The position numbers were made by a program, and so were the translations under genes. From Chlamydiota bacterium (GTDB lineage: Bacteria; Chlamydiota; Chlamydiia; Chlamydiales; SM23-39): a stretch of DNA of 12,393 bases. The stretch is taken from contig JASFVE010000057.1 of assembly GCA_050049995.1 (NCBI GenBank), forward strand, positions 1 to 12,393. The letters are read 5' to 3'. The notes under the pieces were generated by a model. It was not told the origin of the DNA. It ran no database searches and saw nothing but the letters and a program-made list of their open reading frames with translations. Positions 7,661-12,393 of this stretch are shown here, piece after piece (positions within the stretch are counted from its first letter, which is position 1; each line of letters opens with the position of its first letter).

Positions 7661-8301
7661 CTTATTTTCAATCTATCTCCCGGCTTCAGCTTTTTTGCTT
7701 TCGTCTTATCCAAATTATTGATACGAAGAAGCTCTTCAAGCTTAATGTGATGTTTCATGGCAATAGTCCATGGATTATCGCCTGGTTTAACGACATAATA
7801 CTCGCTTTGATTAAAAGTAGTCTTTTGTGGTTCAGTTGTTTTCTTCTGCGCTTCCGGAATTTTCAAAACTTGGCCAATACGAATAATAGTTGTCTTAAGC
7901 TGATTTTCTTCAATGATCTCATTTACTGAGACACGATAAGCTTTAGCTATTTTGTCTAGACTATCACCTTTTTTTACCGTTACTGTTATGAGTTGTTTGT
8001 TCACTTCTTTCTTTATTGCTTCCTGTTTTTTGGGTTCTTGCTTTTTTGGCTCCAAAGTAACAGGTTCCACCTCAGGCAATTTATGAACAATTGTCGGCTC
8101 TTTTTCTGAAATTGTCATTTCTTTAAGGTCATTTTGCTCGAAATAATCATTTTCCATAATAGGAACTTCATTTTCGACTAAAAATTCTGATGGATTGACA
8201 GGAAGCTTTTCTTCCTTTTGCCTTGTTGCAGTAAAAAATAATAAAGTCAAAAGTCCGAAATTGACCATTACTGCAATAAGGATCGTATTTCTTTTACTCA
8301 T
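7657..8301 (-). CDS. nlpD: membrane-anchored protein with two LysM peptidoglycan-binding domains (chlamydial NlpD-type)
   Basis: N-terminal hydrophobic anchor, charged linker, LysM1 (VTVKKGDSLDKIAKAYRVSVNEIIEENQL...GQVLKIP) and LysM2 (YVVKPGDNPWTIAMKHHI...NNL...PGDRLKI). GAGGA RBS; ATGA overlap with murD. The symbol follows chlamydial usage; no M23 domain is present. Confidence 0.9.
   Translation of the reverse strand: MSKRNTILIAVMVNFGLLTLLFFTATRQKEEKLPVNPSEFLVENEVPIMENDYFEQNDLKEMTISEKEPTIVHKLPEVEPVTLEPKKQEPKKQEAIKKEVNKQLITVTVKKGDSLDKIAKAYRVSVNEIIEENQLKTTIIRIGQVLKIPEAQKKTTEPQKTTFNQSEYYVVKPGDNPWTIAMKHHIKLEELLRINNLDKTKAKKLKPGDRLKIR
8020..8052 (-). repeat. short in-frame tandem repeat (EPKKQ x2 + E) in the LysM protein linker
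   Basis: Translation EPKKQEPKKQE; imperfect 15-nt duplication. Confidence 0.6.
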
Positions 8302-9491
8302 AGCATCCTCTTTTTTAAAGCCTTTATGTAATTTTTAAAGGCTTCTCCTCTTTGTTCATAATTTTTAAAACACCCAAAGCTTGGACAACCGGGAGACAGC
8401 AAAATAACATCTTTTACGAGGCTTATCTCATAAGCTTTTTTTACACAAGCTTCTAGATTATCTAATACTTCAACATCGACTGTATTTTTAAGTTGGTGGA
8501 ATATTTTTTTAGCAGCATCACCATAACAGTACATTTTCTTTACTTTTGTAGAGAATGACCCTGTCCACTTTGAAAAATCCCCCAAACAATCATAGCCTCC
8601 TGCAATTAATATAATCTTTTGCTGAAAACTTTCAACTGCCTTAATTGTAGCACTCACATTTGTGGCCTTACTATCATTATAAAAGTTTCTACCTGAAATA
8701 GATGCTACCCACTCTAAACGATGTTCTGGTTTTTGAAAATCTACTAAAGAATTTTCAAAAAACTCTTTAGTCACACCAAACTGGTTACAAATAGTAAAAG
8801 CTGCGCACAAGTTTTCTTGTAAAAGGTCTTTTCTCAAAGAGCTAAAAAAAAGATCTGGAATGATCTTTACATTTGTTATGCTTTGCTGAAAAAGCTCATA
8901 TACATGTTTAATAACGAAACAATCTTTTTTGACAAGTTTTGCCAACTTCATCTTCGTGTTTACATAGTGCAAAAAGCTATCATAGCGATCTAGATGATGA
9001 GGGGTAATATTCAATATTAATCCAAATTCTATGTTGTTGCTTTGCATAGTTTCTAGCTGATAGGAACTTGTTTCTAAAATCAATAGCTGGGCAGGGTCAT
9101 CTTGCAAAAGATATTCCGTTAAGGGAACTCCCACATTTCCAACAGCTTTTGTTTTGACCCCCCATTGATTTAAAATAAAAGAAGCTATTAGACAAACAGT
9201 TGTTTTACCATTGGTTCCTGTTACAGCAACACAGGGTGTTTTTGTATACCGAAGACCAAGCTCCATTTCCCCAATTATTGGTATTCCTTTCGTGTTTAAA
9301 TATCTAACAACTTTATGGTCTGGAGAAAATCCAGGTGAAATAATTGCTTGTTTAAAAGATGTCTTTTCGATTTCTTCTAAAGTTATCTGCTTCAGAAAAT
9401 CGTCATAAATTATAGATTTTTCTCCCAGCGAGAGTAAAAACTTATGAGCAGCAACTCCGCTTTTTCCTGATCCAAGTATTAAGGTATCCAT
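8298..9491 (-). CDS. murD: UDP-N-acetylmuramoyl-L-alanine--D-glutamate ligase
   Basis: GSGKSG, SPG, VTGTNGKTT, GNVG, ETSSYQL, HLDRY, HRLE, NDSKATN, LLSPGC.SF, EQRG. Start moved from 9548 to ATG 9491 (MDTLILG), overlapping the mraY stop (TAATG); 397 aa. Confidence 0.95.
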   Translation of the reverse strand: MDTLILGSGKSGVAAHKFLLSLGEKSIIYDDFLKQITLEEIEKTSFKQAIISPGFSPDHKVVRYLNTKGIPIIGEMELGLRYTKTPCVAVTGTNGKTTVCLIASFILNQWGVKTKAVGNVGVPLTEYLLQDDPAQLLILETSSYQLETMQSNNIEFGLILNITPHHLDRYDSFLHYVNTKMKLAKLVKKDCFVIKHVYELFQQSITNVKIIPDLFFSSLRKDLLQENLCAAFTICNQFGVTKEFFENSLVDFQKPEHRLEWVASISGRNFYNDSKATNVSATIKAVESFQQKIILIAGGYDCLGDFSKWTGSFSTKVKKMYCYGDAAKKIFHQLKNTVDVEVLDNLEACVKKAYEISLVKDVILLSPGCPSFGCFKNYEQRGEAFKNYIKALKKRML

Positions 9492-10690
9492 TACTGAAAC
9501 TTCAATGATGCGATGGCTATAATGCAAAATAAAAGAGAAATGATCCAAAAGCGCAAAACTACTTTTGTCTCAGGCCACCCTTTATACTCAAAATGATGAT
9601 GTAAAGGAGAGCATAAAAAAATTCTTTTTTTATTTCTAAATTTATAGCTCAACACCTGCAAAATAACCGATAGCGTTTCAACGACAAAAATCATACCGGC
9701 TAAGGCTAGAATAAGCTCTCTTTTTATTAAAATAGCACTTAACCCTAGTATTCCACCTAGCCCAAGAGAACCTGTGTCACCCATAAAAACTTGAGCTGGA
9801 TACCCATTAAACCATAAAAAGCCAAGTGCAGCTCCAGATAAAGCTAACAAATAAACCGCTATTTCCCCACTTCCTTCAATATACAAAATGTTCAAGTACC
9901 TAGACAGCTCCATATGATTAGATAAAAAAGCAAATATAGCTAAAGTTATGGCAACCATGATAATACATCCGGCTGCCAGTCCATCCAACCCATCGGTTAA
10001 ATTAACAGCATTAGAGGTCCCTGTAATGACAAGAATTAAAAATAGCCACAAAATAAAAAGAAAAGCTCCCTTAAACTCTAGTAGCGGTTGTTTCATAAAA
10101 GGCATATACAACATAGAAGAGTACTTTGTTGTAGAAAGTGTTGTTACTCTTTTTTCAGAAAATGTTTTAGCAATAGGCGGTTTTAAGCTTGTTGTTTTTT
10201 CAATAAAACTTTGGAAAGAAGGCACTAGTAAGTACAGACTGACTAGAGTAGAAAAAAGAACCTGAAACAGCAGCTTTTTTCTAGGTTTGATCCCCTTCGA
10301 GTTTTTATAGCGAAGCTTATAGTAATCATCTACTGCCCCAATCATCCCTAATACAACAGTGCAGAGCATCAAGAGCCAAGTAAAAACACTCGTCAAGTCC
10401 ATCCACAAAAAAAGTGAGACAAGCATGGCTGATAAAATTAAAATCCCTCCCATAGTAGGAGTATCTTTTTTCTTTTCATGTAATTCAGCTAAAAGAGGAC
10501 ACTCTTGGGCGCTTCGAATACTTTGACCAATCTTTAGTTCATACAATTTTTTAATAAAAGAAGGCCCTAACAAAATAGTAAACAAAAGACATGTGACGGA
10601 AGCTAAAATCATTCGGGTAGAAAAATAAGAAAATACCATAGGGACTTTAACCCCTAAAGAACTTAACCAATTAAACAAAATTAACAGCAT
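9491..10690 (-). CDS. mraY: phospho-N-acetylmuramoyl-pentapeptide transferase
   Basis: KKDTPTMGG, DDYYK, SNAVNLTDGLDGLA, FMGDTGSL, PLHHHFE; multi-pass membrane protein. Confidence 0.98.
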   Translation of the reverse strand: MLLILFNWLSSLGVKVPMVFSYFSTRMILASVTCLLFTILLGPSFIKKLYELKIGQSIRSAQECPLLAELHEKKKDTPTMGGILILSAMLVSLFLWMDLTSVFTWLLMLCTVVLGMIGAVDDYYKLRYKNSKGIKPRKKLLFQVLFSTLVSLYLLVPSFQSFIEKTTSLKPPIAKTFSEKRVTTLSTTKYSSMLYMPFMKQPLLEFKGAFLFILWLFLILVITGTSNAVNLTDGLDGLAAGCIIMVAITLAIFAFLSNHMELSRYLNILYIEGSGEIAVYLLALSGAALGFLWFNGYPAQVFMGDTGSLGLGGILGLSAILIKRELILALAGMIFVVETLSVILQVLSYKFRNKKRIFLCSPLHHHFEYKGWPETKVVLRFWIISLLFCIIAIASLKFQ

Positions 10691-10738
10691 AATGACTAGT
10701 CTTGTCTTTTCGTTGAAAATGTTATCATAAAATGTATC

Positions 10739-12049
10739 TCAGATTAATTCGAAGATTTTTTCCAAACCAACTGCTCTGGATGCTTTTACCAGAACAACAT
10801 CTTTTTCCGTGATAGTTTTAGAAAGATAATCACCTATTTCTTTTACCGTTTTAAACCACCTGCAGGGCTTTTTTCTTCTTTCAAAATATTCACAAATAGA
10901 AAGGCATTCTTCGCCAGTGCATATAACACCATCTACTAATTGAAAAGCCCTTTCAGCCAATTCCTGATGAGACTTTTCTGAAAAAACACCCAGCTCAAGC
11001 ATTGGCCCTAAAACAGCAATCTTTTTTCCCCCTTTCGGAGGACTTGGAAAATGTAAGAGAGCTTGTTTCATCGACTCAGGGCTTGCATTGTAGGCATCGT
11101 TAATAAACAACGTTTTATTAATATACAGTTTTTCAAAGCGCATTTTAGGCAGTTTTATTGTAGTAAAACTTTTAAGAATTTCGCGCCAATTAAATTGCAT
11201 ATATCGAGCAATTGAGCAAGCTGCCAATAAATTATGTTGTAGATGACTTTCCTGAAAAGGAGGGTTAATATTTATTATTTTCTCCCCTTTTTCATAAATT
11301 TCATTTTGGGATAGGTAAAAATCGGCATTTATATCATGCGTAGAAAAACTAATAAGAGTTTTTTTTATTCTTTTTAAAGAGGCAAAATGTAAAAGATCAT
11401 GATCTACTATTTTTAACTTCGTTCTAGATCCATTAAATATTTCTATTTTGGCCCGAATGATTTCTTCTAATGAGCTGAAATTTTCTGCATGAACTAATGA
11501 TCCTTTTGTAATAAGTGCAATATCTATGGGAACAATTTCTATCAATTTTTGGATATGGCCAAAATTACTCATGCTCATTTCCAAAACAAGTACTTCTTCT
11601 GACTTATCAAATCGCAAAAGGTTTAAAGGAAGCCCAATTTGAGAGTTTTGGCTTAATAAAGTTTTACCTACTTTATATTTTGTAGAAAGGATGCTAGCTA
11701 GAATTTCTTTTGTAGTTGTTTTACCTACCGTTCCTGTAATGCCGATTCTTATACCCTTAAAATCTGATATATACAACCTGGCAAGCTCTTGTAAAGTCCT
11801 TAGAACATCACTGGATTTTATTAAATCCAAGCCAAAGCTCGGGCCTGTATAACTAGTGTGAACTACGGCCGCTATGCCTCCTCGATGGGCGACGCTTTCT
11901 AAAAAATCATGCCCATCACTTTTTTGCCCTTTTAAAGCAAAATACAGGTCATTAGGACATATTTTTCTACTATCTATTTGAAAACCAGTTATTTGAGTTG
12001 CTATCTTAAGGTCTAGCCCAAATTTAGTTAAGAACTTATATCTTCCCAT
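10739..12049 (-). CDS. murF: UDP-N-acetylmuramoyl-tripeptide--D-alanyl-D-alanine ligase
   Basis: IDSR, DGHDF, GITGTVGKTTTKE, NSQIGLPL, NDAYNASPESM, VLGPMLELG, LVKASR; directly upstream of mraY. Confidence 0.96.
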   Translation of the reverse strand: MGRYKFLTKFGLDLKIATQITGFQIDSRKICPNDLYFALKGQKSDGHDFLESVAHRGGIAAVVHTSYTGPSFGLDLIKSSDVLRTLQELARLYISDFKGIRIGITGTVGKTTTKEILASILSTKYKVGKTLLSQNSQIGLPLNLLRFDKSEEVLVLEMSMSNFGHIQKLIEIVPIDIALITKGSLVHAENFSSLEEIIRAKIEIFNGSRTKLKIVDHDLLHFASLKRIKKTLISFSTHDINADFYLSQNEIYEKGEKIININPPFQESHLQHNLLAACSIARYMQFNWREILKSFTTIKLPKMRFEKLYINKTLFINDAYNASPESMKQALLHFPSPPKGGKKIAVLGPMLELGVFSEKSHQELAERAFQLVDGVICTGEECLSICEYFERRKKPCRWFKTVKEIGDYLSKTITEKDVVLVKASRAVGLEKIFELI

Positions 12050-12078
12050 GATTCAACGACTTATGAAATAAAAATAGA

Positions 12079-12107
12079 TTGAAGGTAAATGTTTTTTTTG
12101 TTATAAT
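12079..12107 (+). promoter_or_regulatory. sigma66/sigma70-type promoter for the ORF starting at 12129
   Basis: TTGAAG (12079-12084), 17-bp spacer, perfect TATAAT (12102-12107), extended -10 TG (12099-12100) and an A-rich tract upstream. AAGGT RBS-like sequence at 12117-12121. Confidence 0.75.
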
Positions 12108-12135
12108 AGTATAGACAAGGTAAATAATATGACAA
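12108..12135 (-). promoter_or_regulatory. candidate sigma66/sigma70-type promoter for the murF operon
   Basis: Minus strand TTGTCA (12135-12130), 16-bp spacer, TATACT (12113-12108), each 5/6 to consensus. Predicted start near 12101, about 50 nt upstream of the murF ATG. Confidence 0.5.
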
Positions 12136-12393
12136 CAATTACAGCTAAACCATCAAGTCCAGCTTCAGATCCTATTGTAGTTAAAGCATCACCTGTTGAC
12201 CCTAGAATTGTATCTTTTGGGGGTAATACTTACAGGCTTACTTATTATACAGATGGAATTGATCAGAATTTAAGTAATAAAGACTGGCAGGGTTTAAGGC
12301 TAAAGTTTGAAAATCAAATGACCTCCCTTCAAAATGAAGGAAAACGAGACCTATCTAGGGTTAAAGTAATTGCTTTCAAACTAGAAACTGACA
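12129..12393 (+). CDS. hypothetical protein, 3'-truncated by the window edge; candidate type III secreted protein
   Basis: Manually translated, not in the ORF track: MTTITAKPSSPASDPIVVKASPVDPRIVSFGGNTYRLTYYTDGIDQNLSNKDWQGLRLKFENQMTSLQNEGKRDLSRVKVIAFKLETD, open to the edge, with RBS and a strong promoter upstream. Confidence 0.8.
   Translation, partial: MTTITAKPSSPASDPIVVKASPVDPRIVSFGGNTYRLTYYTDGIDQNLSNKDWQGLRLKFENQMTSLQNEGKRDLSRVKVIAFKLETD
12144..12212 (+). repeat. imperfect tandem duplication in the N-terminus of the partial ORF
   Basis: gctaaaccatca...gatcctattgta (12144-12179; AKPSSPASDPIV) versus gttaaagcatca...gaccctagaattgta (12180-12212; VKASPVDPRIV). Confidence 0.5.

Noticed and set aside
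9492..9548. 19-codon N-terminal extension of murD in the ORF track
   Set aside because: Would overlap mraY by 58 nt; ATG 9491 places the GxGxSG motif at the usual position and gives a TAATG overlap.
7654..10265. Short plus-strand ORFs 7654-7929, 9211-9408 and 9948-10265
   Set aside because: Antisense shadows of the LysM gene, murD and mraY.
10691..10753. Internal promoter or small RNA in the 48-nt murF-mraY gap (minus-strand TATGAT at 10729-10724)
   Set aside because: No adequate -35 (TCGAAT/TTCGAA) and no stable hairpin; cannot be supported from sequence alone.
1..12393. CRISPR arrays, tRNA/rRNA genes, IS elements, prophage or defence genes
   Set aside because: Intergenic spaces are at most about 210 nt and show no repeat-spacer pattern, cloverleaf or terminal inverted repeats; no transposase, integrase or nuclease motifs were seen.

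Overview
AT-rich bacterial DNA whose gene content and order point to the phylum Chlamydiota, probably an environmental, non-Chlamydiaceae lineage (inference from the murC-ddl fusion, the LysM gene between murD and ftsW, the long MraY and the rsbV-miaA pair). Most of the window is a tightly coupled minus-strand peptidoglycan/division (dcw) operon: murF-mraY-murD-LysM(nlpD)-ftsW-murG-murC/ddl-ftsQ-cutA, with no ftsA/ftsZ after ftsQ. Further downstream on the same strand are rsbV (STAS anti-anti-sigma factor) and miaA, which runs off the left edge and is missing from the ORF track. The operon is bracketed by two plus-strand ORFs I do not recognise: a complete 231-aa helical protein with an apparent internal duplication (1343-2038) and a partial ORF starting at 12129 (also missing from the track). 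Both have Ser/Thr/Pro-rich N-termini resembling chlamydial type III secretion substrates. I see no RNA genes, mobile elements or CRISPR arrays, and I cannot demonstrate a new multi-gene system. The best leads are the two orphans, the overlapping divergent promoters upstream of murF, and a MurD with an altered D-Glu-binding motif.
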